Origin: Nitrososphaerota archaeon
Lineage (GTDB): Archaea; Thermoproteota; Nitrososphaeria; Nitrososphaerales; UBA57
Assembly: GCA_013378385.1 (NCBI GenBank)
Contig: JACAFS010000005.1
Span: forward strand, 1-27,294
Length of the DNA: 27,294 bases
Reading direction: 5' to 3'
Under the pieces are notes generated by a model. The model searched no databases. It was not told the origin of the DNA and saw only the letters and a program-made list of their open reading frames with translations. Within the stretch, counting starts at the first letter, position 1. Every line of letters begins with the position of its first letter. The position numbers and the translations under genes were made by a program. Positions 8,445-15,217 of this stretch are shown here, one piece after another.

Positions 8445-9388
8445 ATTACGCCTACAAGGCTTGCCAATTCTCTTCTAGAAGCTTTACCAAGGATTTCAGC
8501 ACTTTTTTCTGGAGCAAGTGAATTAATGGATATGCCAAAGCCATTTTCAAATCCACTATTATAAGATAATTGAGGGGATATTTCAATATGCCAATGAATT
8601 TCTGAATCAATTTCATTCAAAGAATTGTGAAAAACTATGTTATACGAAGGATTATTTAGAACGTTATCTAAACCGCCCAAAGTAGAACGAAGAATTTGAG
8701 CAAGATCTTCTAATTCATTATTATCAATCGAGGTAAACGAATATTGATGTGATTTCGGATATATCCAAAATTCAAATGGATGTGATGAATTCCAAGGACA
8801 AAATGCAAGAAAACTAACAGTAGAAAGTATTTGTCTAGGGCCACCTGTTTCAAAATTTATGATTCTGCATATAGGACATATGCCCAAATCAAAAATTGAT
8901 TTTCTAGACAACTCAATCTCATTTTTTAATATAGGAGATGGAATTGGAAGATTAGTTATTTCAAACCCATTATGCATAGGATTACCGCCAGATAAAACTC
9001 CGGAATTAACGAAGATTTGAATATTTTTCAGATCGTCAGAAATCATTTTTTTATTAATAGTTTGAACTTCCAATAGTAATTTTTGTATTTTATCTACTGA
9101 AAGTTTACTCAGATTCTTATGACTAACGTCAGAGACATAAAATCGTTTCATTATATTTTGATCTAGAGATAAATTATTCGTATCAGAATCATTGAATTTT
9201 TCAGATTTAACAGATTCATCAACCACGGTTTTTGGATTTTCATTGGATTTGTCAGTATTCTTACATAATGAACAGACTTTTTCCGATTTGTTATCATTTA
9301 CAATAGATGATAAATTAATGTCTAGATTAGAATTTATAAACACATATTTTTCCAAGAAATAGTCTTTTCGAAGTTGCTTCAAATACAA
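8441..9388 (-). CDS. Galactose-1-phosphate uridylyltransferase (GalT)/HIT branch III family protein with a non-canonical active-site motif
   Basis: 315 aa. By eye it aligns along its length with E. coli GalT: CSLC (zinc CxxC), DVSHKNLSKLSVDKI (compare SPDHSKTLPELSVAAL), IQIFVNSG (compare VQVFENKG) and EIHWHIEISPQL (compare LHAHFYPPLL). The NPHPHGQ nucleophile motif reads NPMHNGF here. TTG start. Confidence 0.75.
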   Translation of the reverse strand: MYLKQLRKDYFLEKYVFINSNLDINLSSIVNDNKSEKVCSLCKNTDKSNENPKTVVDESVKSEKFNDSDTNNLSLDQNIMKRFYVSDVSHKNLSKLSVDKIQKLLLEVQTINKKMISDDLKNIQIFVNSGVLSGGNPMHNGFEITNLPIPSPILKNEIELSRKSIFDLGICPICRIINFETGGPRQILSTVSFLAFCPWNSSHPFEFWIYPKSHQYSFTSIDNNELEDLAQILRSTLGGLDNVLNNPSYNIVFHNSLNEIDSEIHWHIEISPQLSYNSGFENGFGISINSLAPEKSAEILGKASRRELASLVGVI

Positions 9389-9434
9389 ATTTAATCAGGA
9401 GATTGTTATTATTTAGGTTTTTAATTAATAAGAC

Positions 9435-9442
9435 ATTTATAC
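9435..9442 (+). promoter_or_regulatory. TATA-like element (ATTTATAC) upstream of the histidine phosphatase gene
   Basis: Centred about 27 nt upstream of the ATG at 9465, consistent with a leaderless or near-leaderless transcript. Confidence 0.3.
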
Positions 9443-9464
9443 GGGGAATTAAATTCAGAAGATT

Positions 9465-10028
9465 ATGACATGGTTTTTTGTGAGGCATGGGCAATCAATT
9501 TACAATTTAGAGAATAAATTTACAGGTTGGCACAATCCATCACTATCAGAATTAGGGGAAAAACAGGCATTAGAAACTGCGAAAAAGTTATCAAAATATG
9601 ACATAGATGTAGTTTATTCTAGTGCTTTATCACGTTCAAAGGAGACTGCAGAGATAATTATTAAAAATCATCCAGGATCCACTAAAGACATAATATCGGA
9701 TCAATTATTAAATGAAAGAAATTATGGGAATTGGTCAGGAAAGAATAAAGAAGAAGTAAAAAATGAGATAGGTGAAGATAATTTTCTCAAAGTAAGAAGA
9801 GGTTGGGACACTCCGCCAGAAAATGGTGAATCATTAGAAGACACCGCAAACAGAGTAAAACAATGGGTTGAGGAATTAGAAAAATTACATAATAAAAATG
9901 AAAATATATTAATCGTATCTCATGGAAATACTATTAGAGCAATATCAGTAATATTGGGAATCAATACAAAAGAAAATATTCATAAGTTTGAATTACAAAC
10001 TGGAGAGATATTCATTGTTGAGAGATAA
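9465..10028 (+). CDS. Histidine phosphatase superfamily protein (dPGM-like, short form; probably a phosphatase rather than a mutase)
   Basis: 187 aa. Motifs: RHG (FVRHGQSIYN), FTGWHNPSLSELGEKQA, LNERNYGNWSG, RRGWDTPPENGESL and VSHGNTIRA. Compared with E. coli GpmA as I recall it, this protein lacks the internal insertion after RRxxD-PP and the C-terminal tail; it ends at the ...TGEIFIVER position. Confidence 0.8.
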   Translation: MTWFFVRHGQSIYNLENKFTGWHNPSLSELGEKQALETAKKLSKYDIDVVYSSALSRSKETAEIIIKNHPGSTKDIISDQLLNERNYGNWSGKNKEEVKNEIGEDNFLKVRRGWDTPPENGESLEDTANRVKQWVEELEKLHNKNENILIVSHGNTIRAISVILGINTKENIHKFELQTGEIFIVER

Positions 10029-11334
10029 GATTTCCGCCTTCAGAATTAAATAAATCTTCAATATTTTCTTCTTCTCTAATTATATGAATACTTTGATCAC
10101 GTTTTCTTAAGAGAATAGAAGGTTTAGTCTGACAATGAAATGGCATATTAAACACAATAGAATATGCGCCAACATTTCTGAATATTACTAAATCGCCAAT
10201 TTCAGCAGAAGGGTATTTTTTATCAGAAGGAATTTGAAAAGTATCAAGAGTGTCACACAGTCGGCCGCCAATTTGAATATTTTCATAACTATGTATTTCA
10301 GACTTTGTAATAATATCAATAGGATATTCTTGTTTCATCAATGCAGAATCAAGAAGTAAATTATAGCCTGCATCAACTATGTGGAATTTTCCTTCAGGGT
10401 ATGTTTTAGAGTTAACAATTTTTGAAATAAGAATAGCTGATTCAGCAGAAAGATAACGGCCACTTTCAACAATTAGAGTTGGAGAAAGATTAAATGATTT
10501 TATAAACATATTTAATTTATCAGTTATTAATTTTCCAATATCATCAGGAGATGGAACAGGTTGAATATATTTTACGGGAGTTCCGCCACCGATATCAAGA
10601 ATAGGAAGCGAAAAATTATCAATATTGGATTGTAATTTAGTGATTAAAGATGCAAGGATGTCAATTGTTTTAACAAAACAAGATGGATCACTAATCTGTG
10701 AACCTAAATGAAAATGAATACCGTAAAATTCAAGGATATCTGAATCATATATTTTATTTATAATGTAAAAAGCGTCATCGTTTGATAAATTATCAACAGG
10801 TACACCAAATTTACCCATACTAGAGGATGCACTAATATCAGCAACTACATCAATTTCAGGATTAATTCTGACTAGAACTTTAGGACGGCATTGAGACAAC
10901 TTTGACGCTGAAATTAAATTAAGTAGGCCATTATATGAACCAATTACAAATTTAGAGATGCCCGATTTCATGGCCGCTACGAATTCATTTTCTTCTTCGG
11001 TTATACTAGTATAAAGAATATGATCGAAATTACCGTTAGTTTGTTTGAAAAAATATATTTCTCCCAATGATGTTAGATCAAATAAGATGCCTTCTTTATT
11101 TAGAATTTCAATAATAGATGGATTGAAATTTGATTTTATAGAATATGCAATAGAAGTTTTTCCATTATAATTATTAAATGAATTCTCTAATGATGAGAGA
11201 TTGTCAAGGATAGTTTGTTCGTCGACGACGTATAGGGGCGTATTAAATTTGGAGGTGATTTCTTTGATTTCAGTATCAGAAATAGAAGAGGATTTATTAC
11301 TAAATCGAATATTTTGAAGAGATGGTTTTGACAA
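10012..11334 (-). CDS. PLP-dependent decarboxylase, Orn/DAP/Arg decarboxylase family (diaminopimelate decarboxylase-like)
   Basis: 440 aa. PLP-lysine region AYSIKSNFNP, then HFHLGSQ, glycine loop LDIGGGTP, ESGRYL (EPGR-like) and GGRLCDTLD. Substrate (DAP, ornithine, arginine or carboxynorspermidine) cannot be decided from sequence. TTG start 5 nt after the Alba stop. Confidence 0.85.
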   Translation of the reverse strand: MSKPSLQNIRFSNKSSSISDTEIKEITSKFNTPLYVVDEQTILDNLSSLENSFNNYNGKTSIAYSIKSNFNPSIIEILNKEGILFDLTSLGEIYFFKQTNGNFDHILYTSITEEENEFVAAMKSGISKFVIGSYNGLLNLISASKLSQCRPKVLVRINPEIDVVADISASSSMGKFGVPVDNLSNDDAFYIINKIYDSDILEFYGIHFHLGSQISDPSCFVKTIDILASLITKLQSNIDNFSLPILDIGGGTPVKYIQPVPSPDDIGKLITDKLNMFIKSFNLSPTLIVESGRYLSAESAILISKIVNSKTYPEGKFHIVDAGYNLLLDSALMKQEYPIDIITKSEIHSYENIQIGGRLCDTLDTFQIPSDKKYPSAEIGDLVIFRNVGAYSIVFNMPFHCQTKPSILLRKRDQSIHIIREEENIEDLFNSEGGNLISQQ

Positions 11335-11339
11335 TTTTA

Positions 11340-11711
11340 CTATGAAGTACCTATTATAATCTCAATTGTAGAGACGTTTCGTTTATTACCCTCTTCGCCA
11401 AGGATATCAGTATCAATTGCAATGCTTTTAGTGGAATATTTTCCTTTTCCTAATCTTTCAGTAATTATCTGTGCAACGTCAACTGCACGGGAGATTACCA
11501 TACCTCGTCCTTTAATAACAATCTCTCCAGTTTGTCCGAGTTGTATAAGACCAGACATAGCATAACTCATAACTGGTTTTTTACCAACAAATATATTATT
11601 TGTAGTATTTTGATTAGATGTTGTTTCTGGTACAGAAGTATCAGAACGGGAGGCGTCATCAGAAACAGCCGTATCGTTTATGGAATTTTCATTTGAATTA
11701 GATTCAGACAT
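11340..11711 (-). CDS. albA: Alba family chromatin / RNA-binding protein with an N-terminal low-complexity extension
   Basis: 123 aa. Alba core NIFVGKKPVMSYAMSGLIQL...IVIKGRGMVISRAVDVAQIITERL...RNVSTIEIII, preceded by a 38-residue acidic S/T/N-rich tail. ATG start with no internal in-frame ATG/GTG/TTG before the core. Confidence 0.85.
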   Translation of the reverse strand: MSESNSNENSINDTAVSDDASRSDTSVPETTSNQNTTNNIFVGKKPVMSYAMSGLIQLGQTGEIVIKGRGMVISRAVDVAQIITERLGKGKYSTKSIAIDTDILGEEGNKRNVSTIEIIIGTS

Positions 11712-11740
11712 TTTTGTATTTTTTTTAACATAAAATTCTT

Positions 11741-11748
11741 ATTTAAAT
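11741..11748 (-). promoter_or_regulatory. TATA-box-like element (ATTTAAAT) upstream of the Alba gene
   Basis: Palindromic octamer centred about 33 nt upstream of the ATG at 11711. That spacing fits an archaeal TATA at about -26 with a very short leader. Inferred from sequence only. Confidence 0.35.
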
Positions 11749-11803
11749 GTGGCGCTAAGGACCGATTTGATGTGAAATATTACTAAATATTGAGCGTATT
11801 GAG

Positions 11804-11811
11804 TTTATATA
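11804..11811 (+). promoter_or_regulatory. TATA-box-like element (TTTATATA) upstream of the RAM-domain gene
   Basis: Centred about 34 nt upstream of the TTG at 11842, and immediately preceded by short tandem repeats (see findings). Confidence 0.35.
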
Positions 11812-11841
11812 CAATACAATAGTATCGGAAATGTGATATAA

Positions 11842-12069
11842 TTGCCAAAGGCATACGTACTAATAAATACAGAATCAGATGTAGAAGAAGAATTCATACA
11901 AGAAGTTAAGCAAATGGAAGGAGTAATAGAAGTTGCTTCAGTATATGGCAGATATGATTTCGTAGTTATTATTGAGTCAGATACGATGGAAAAGGTCAAA
12001 AACATAATAACAAACAAAATTAGGCGAATTAGAAGCGTAAAATCCACAATAACTCTCATTGGAGTTTAG
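11842..12069 (+). CDS. Stand-alone Lrp/AsnC-type ligand-binding (RAM) domain protein, no HTH
   Basis: 75 aa. PKAYVLINTESDVEEEFIQEVKQMEGVIEVASVYGRYDFVVIIESDTMEKVKNIITNKIRRIRSVKSTITLIGV matches the RAM-domain pattern (beta-alpha-beta-beta-alpha-beta, G-x-YD). TTG start; the nearby ATG at 11831 is followed directly by TGA. I prefer this over the antisense 84-aa ORF. Confidence 0.75.
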   Translation: MPKAYVLINTESDVEEEFIQEVKQMEGVIEVASVYGRYDFVVIIESDTMEKVKNIITNKIRRIRSVKSTITLIGV

Positions 12070-12077
12070 AGAAGAAC

Positions 12078-12329
12078 CTACATTAAACTAGAAAGTGGTA
12101 TATTTTGAGAAGTGCCATCAGGGTATGTACGCCTAATAGTAAGAGGCATTACGGTTTTATCCAATTCATAAGTAGCAAGTAAGATAGGATCATGAATGGA
12201 TTTTGATACTTTTACAAATGCAGGTGCGCCAAGAGATAATTGTAAGGCCCTTGATCCAATAATTTTAGCCCTTTCAAATCGAGTCAAATGAGCAGGACCA
12301 ATCTCAACTTTAAAATCTTGTTTTGTCAT
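12078..12329 (-). CDS. rpoK: DNA-directed RNA polymerase subunit K (Rpo6/RPB6 homologue)
   Basis: 83 aa. [26 protein letters not shown] and the C-terminal [12 protein letters not shown] are typical of RPB6/RpoK. ATG start. Confidence 0.9.
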   Translation of the reverse strand: MTKQDFKVEIGPAHLTRFERAKIIGSRALQLSLGAPAFVKVSKSIHDPILLATYELDKTVMPLTIRRTYPDGTSQNIPLSSLM

Positions 12330-12360
12330 TATCTAACCGTTATTCAATATGATGTTACAA

Positions 12361-12367
12361 TTTATAA
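12361..12367. promoter_or_regulatory. Central TATA-like element (TTTATAA) in the 64-bp divergent rpoK / cyclophilin-like intergenic region
   Basis: Centre at 12364, which is 35 nt from the rpoK ATG (12329) and 30 nt from the ATG at 12394. Confidence 0.3.
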
Positions 12368-12393
12368 CTAGATAAATTTTTCTATTATCTATA

Positions 12394-12768
12394 ATGAGTT
12401 CAATTTCTAAAACAGACATACAAATTACCATTGGAGACAGAGTAATTGAAGGAGAAATTTCAAAACATTTGGCGCCAATGATTGTTAATCAGATAATTGA
12501 AAAGAAGAGATTAAGTGGTCCAATAGTCAAAATTAAAGATTTGTTAATATATAGTCCACTGGGAATAGTTGCAGGAATGCATAAACCTAAAAAATCATTT
12601 AATAAAGGAGATATTGGGTTTTTAGCGTCAAGCGGAGCGATTGTTTTATTTAAGAAAGATCAGATTGTTACAAATAAGATGACGCATATAGGTAATTTGA
12701 CAGAGGTAGCCGAAAAATTGGAGAATATTAAACCTGGAGAAATTTTTATTCTTGAAGTATTAAGGTGA
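12394..12768 (+). CDS. Cyclophilin-like fold protein of unknown function (COG2164-like)
   Basis: 124 aa. The pattern ...IGDRVIEGEISKHLAP...GDIGFLASSGAIVLFKKD...IGNLTEVAEKLENIKPGEIFILE resembles the cyclophilin-like (TM1367-type) family. Assignment is by eye only. Confidence 0.5.
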   Translation: MSSISKTDIQITIGDRVIEGEISKHLAPMIVNQIIEKKRLSGPIVKIKDLLIYSPLGIVAGMHKPKKSFNKGDIGFLASSGAIVLFKKDQIVTNKMTHIGNLTEVAEKLENIKPGEIFILEVLR

Positions 12769-12778
12769 AAAGAATAAA

Positions 12779-12985
12779 TTGAATGTTAAACAAAAAATCA
12801 GATATATAGACAGAATTTCTTCAATAATTTCTTTCATATTAATATCAGGAATGATATTCATAGTAATAGAATCGGATTTTCAGATATTCATGAATGTAAG
12901 ATTGATTATTTTTGCAGTGGTATTCTCAATAATTGGATTAATTTTAAATAGAAAAAGAACAGAATTGTTCGATGAGACTTTATGA
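12779..12985 (+). CDS. Small membrane protein, two predicted transmembrane helices
   Basis: 68 aa with two hydrophobic stretches (ISSIISFILISGMIFIVI and LIIFAVVFSIIGLIL). Lies 10 nt after the preceding co-oriented gene. TTG start. No homology recognised. Confidence 0.4.
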   Translation: MNVKQKIRYIDRISSIISFILISGMIFIVIESDFQIFMNVRLIIFAVVFSIIGLILNRKRTELFDETL

Positions 12986-12987
12986 GA

Positions 12988-13821
12988 TTAACTAGAGTAG
13001 AGTGAATTAAATAATGAGAGTCCAGCCATAATAGCCTCTTCACTTCTTATTGTTTCCACACCCTGATTTGGAAATAAATTGATAAGAAATAAATTAGATT
13101 TATCGATTTTTTCACGAGAAATCACAGACATAAGACCAGTTTTAGGAGAACCAAAAGCAATCAAAATACTAGAATCAGTATTATTTTTGATTTCTTCAGA
13201 AATTAATTTTACATTAGAATTAAAATCAGAACCAAATTTAGAAGTAATAACTGTAACGTTGTAATTATTTGTAGACAGAATATCTTTTAACGAATTATTA
13301 TATGTAAGATCATATCCCCAATAATCAGTAGGTTGAATCTTTTGTAATAAGAAGTATTTTCCTTTATAAGATTGTGAAACGATTTTTACAGTGATTATTC
13401 CCCCCACAGAGATATTGCCTTCAAGAATACCATAATTATGCATGCCAATATCAATTATAGACATATTGAGTTTATTATCAAATCTAATACATACGCCGTC
13501 ACGAATATTAATGACGTCAGGATTATAATTTCGATTTACCATATGTGACGGAATACGAAGAGGAGGAAGGGTTCCAGCAAGTTTTAATTCTTTTTTAATA
13601 GGAAAAAGATTTTTTCGAAGATATTGAGGAGTTACAAGATACCTGAGTAATAACAAAATAAGATCCTTGTCATGGATTCCTTGATTCTTATAAACGTGAA
13701 TTTTAGTAACTTTAAAAATTGAGGCGGCACGTGCGATTATTCCTAATTTATGTGTTTTTTCAGAAAGAGATTGACAGTCTTCAAGAATATTTGATGGAAT
13801 AGCAATTGCTAATTCTCTCAA
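12988..13821 (-). CDS. SPOUT-superfamily putative RNA methyltransferase (DUF171 / COG2106, SPOUT1-like)
   Basis: 277 aa. The N-terminus LAIAIPSNILEDCQSLSEKTHKLGIIARAASIFKVTKIHVY and the C-terminus ILIAFGSPKTGL...NLFPNQGVETIRSEEAIMAGLS fit this family. TTG start 9 nt after the serA-like stop. Confidence 0.75.
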   Translation of the reverse strand: MRELAIAIPSNILEDCQSLSEKTHKLGIIARAASIFKVTKIHVYKNQGIHDKDLILLLLRYLVTPQYLRKNLFPIKKELKLAGTLPPLRIPSHMVNRNYNPDVINIRDGVCIRFDNKLNMSIIDIGMHNYGILEGNISVGGIITVKIVSQSYKGKYFLLQKIQPTDYWGYDLTYNNSLKDILSTNNYNVTVITSKFGSDFNSNVKLISEEIKNNTDSSILIAFGSPKTGLMSVISREKIDKSNLFLINLFPNQGVETIRSEEAIMAGLSLFNSLYSS

Positions 13822-13830
13822 TTTAATTCA

Positions 13831-14772
13831 TTATTCCGTGGTTTTATTTTCTGAATAGAAATTAATTATTTTTTGTGCGATAACAATTGAAGCTTCTTTT
13901 TGAGCTTCGATAATTTGTGCCCCAATATGAGGAGTGGCTATAAGGTTCTTTAATTTAATTAGATCAGTATTAGTAGGAGGTTCTGTCTCAAAGACGTCAA
14001 GAGCGGCACCGGCGATTTTATTATTAGATAATGCGTCAAATAAATCGGATTCAACAATTAGTTGGCCACGAGCTGTATTAATAAGAAATGATGTATTTTT
14101 CATTAATTCAAATTGTTCTTTGCCAATCATATGAATTGTTTCAGGTGTTGCAGGAAGGTGTAAACTAATGAAATCAGACTTTGATAATAATTCATTAAGT
14201 TCGACCTGAGTTACATTATATTTACTTAAATAATCTTTGTCGACAATTTGTTTTTCAAATCCAATAACTTTCATTTCAAGAGCAGATGCTAAAATTCCAG
14301 TTCTTCTTCCAATACGTCCTAGACCAATAATTCCAAATGTCTTGCCTCTTAATTCACTACCAAGGATTGAATTTTTAATCCATTGGTTATCTTTTAGAGA
14401 TTGGTCGGCCAATGGAATAGAACGTGCAAGACTAACGGCAAGAGAGATAGTCAATTCAGCAACGGCATTGGTAGAAGCTTCTACAGACGTAAATACAGGA
14501 ATATTATTTTTTTCGGCAGTAGAAGAATCAATATTATCAATTCCAGTACCAGGTCTACAAATTAATTCAAGAATTTTTCCAGAATTAATAACAGATTCAG
14601 TTATTTTTGTTCTACTGCGAACAACAACAACATGTACTTCAGTTATTACTTCAAGTAATTCCTCAGGCGTGATAGTAGGGTTTTCAAGAATAGTAAAACC
14701 AGATTCTTTTAATAAATCAACACCTTCAGGCTCTATTTTATCACAAATAAGAATTTTTTTATCAGAATTCAA
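13831..14772 (-). CDS. serA: D-isomer-specific 2-hydroxyacid dehydrogenase, D-3-phosphoglycerate dehydrogenase-like (short form, no ACT domain)
   Basis: 313 aa. NAD-binding loop GIIGLGRIGRR, then INTARG and the catalytic region ATPHIGA. Could alternatively be a glyoxylate/hydroxypyruvate reductase. TTG start; no in-frame ATG near the N-terminus. Confidence 0.8.
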   Translation of the reverse strand: MNSDKKILICDKIEPEGVDLLKESGFTILENPTITPEELLEVITEVHVVVVRSRTKITESVINSGKILELICRPGTGIDNIDSSTAEKNNIPVFTSVEASTNAVAELTISLAVSLARSIPLADQSLKDNQWIKNSILGSELRGKTFGIIGLGRIGRRTGILASALEMKVIGFEKQIVDKDYLSKYNVTQVELNELLSKSDFISLHLPATPETIHMIGKEQFELMKNTSFLINTARGQLIVESDLFDALSNNKIAGAALDVFETEPPTNTDLIKLKNLIATPHIGAQIIEAQKEASIVIAQKIINFYSENKTTE

Positions 14773-14801
14773 TTAAGTAAAAGTTACTGTCTAATTACCG
14801 C

Positions 14802-14809
14802 ATTTAAAT
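14802..14809 (-). promoter_or_regulatory. TATA-box-like element (ATTTAAAT) upstream of the serA-like gene
   Basis: Same octamer and same spacing (about 33 nt from the start codon at 14772) as the element upstream of Alba. Confidence 0.35.
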
Positions 14810-14820
14810 CTTATTTTCAA

Positions 14821-14830
14821 TTAATATATA
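14821..14830 (+). promoter_or_regulatory. TATA-box-like element (TTAATATATA) upstream of the PDCD5-like gene
   Basis: Centred about 32 nt upstream of the ATG at 14858. Confidence 0.3.
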
Positions 14831-14857
14831 TCAACGTAATAATATAATATACCGAGA

Positions 14858-15217
14858 ATGAACGACGATAAAGAACTAGAAATATTGAAGCAAAAGAAGA
14901 TTAAGGAATTAATGAAGAGAATTGAAAATCAGAATAAACAAGATGATCCAAAAGAAATTCTTTTGTCTAGACTAGTCGATAGGGGAGATGAAGTGCTAAA
15001 AATAGCGGAGGCATATTACCCAAAAGAAACAGAAATCATCATTAATCAATTAATTGAATTAATAAAGAATGGTAAGATTCAGGGTTCTATTTCTGGAGGC
15101 GAGTTATTATCAGTATTTCGAAATGCAGGATTAAGAATTACAGTGCCTACGTCAATTTCAGTATCAAAAGATGGGAAAATGACTTCATTATCAGATAAAC
15201 TAAGTAAAAGAGAATAA
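14858..15217 (+). CDS. PDCD5/TFAR19-like double-stranded DNA-binding protein
   Basis: 119 aa. Charged N-terminal helix (ELEILKQKKIKELMKR) followed by LLSRLVDRGDEVLKIAEAYYPKETEIIINQLIELIKNGKI, typical of archaeal PDCD5 homologues. ATG start. Confidence 0.7.
   Translation: MNDDKELEILKQKKIKELMKRIENQNKQDDPKEILLSRLVDRGDEVLKIAEAYYPKETEIIINQLIELIKNGKIQGSISGGELLSVFRNAGLRITVPTSISVSKDGKMTSLSDKLSKRE

Noticed and set aside
3470-9388. Sugar cluster as a horizontally acquired genomic island or mobile element
   Set aside because: There is no flanking tRNA, integrase, direct repeats or change in gene density. The lower G+C could simply reflect weaker protein-level constraint. The idea is kept only as a compositional observation.
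11712-11841. Possible C/D-box sRNA or other small RNA in the largest intergenic region (a UGAUGUGA-like string near 11767-11776)
   Set aside because: The C-box-like string is imperfect and neither strand has a CUGA D box. No terminal stem is visible, and the region is adequately explained by two divergent promoters. Transcription cannot be excluded without expression data.
11805-12059. 84-aa minus-strand ORF competing with the 75-aa + strand RAM-domain ORF
   Set aside because: The + strand product matches the Lrp/AsnC RAM-domain pattern end to end and has a TATA-like box at the right distance. The minus-strand product is hydrophobic and low-complexity, with no promoter context.
14237-14776. 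179-aa ORF on the + strand, the longest unexplained ORF in the track
   Set aside because: It lies entirely antisense to the serA-like gene, whose dehydrogenase motifs (GIIGLGRIGRR, TPHIGA) are unambiguous. The + strand translation is low-complexity (S/I/P/R-rich) with no recognisable motif. This is a typical shadow ORF.
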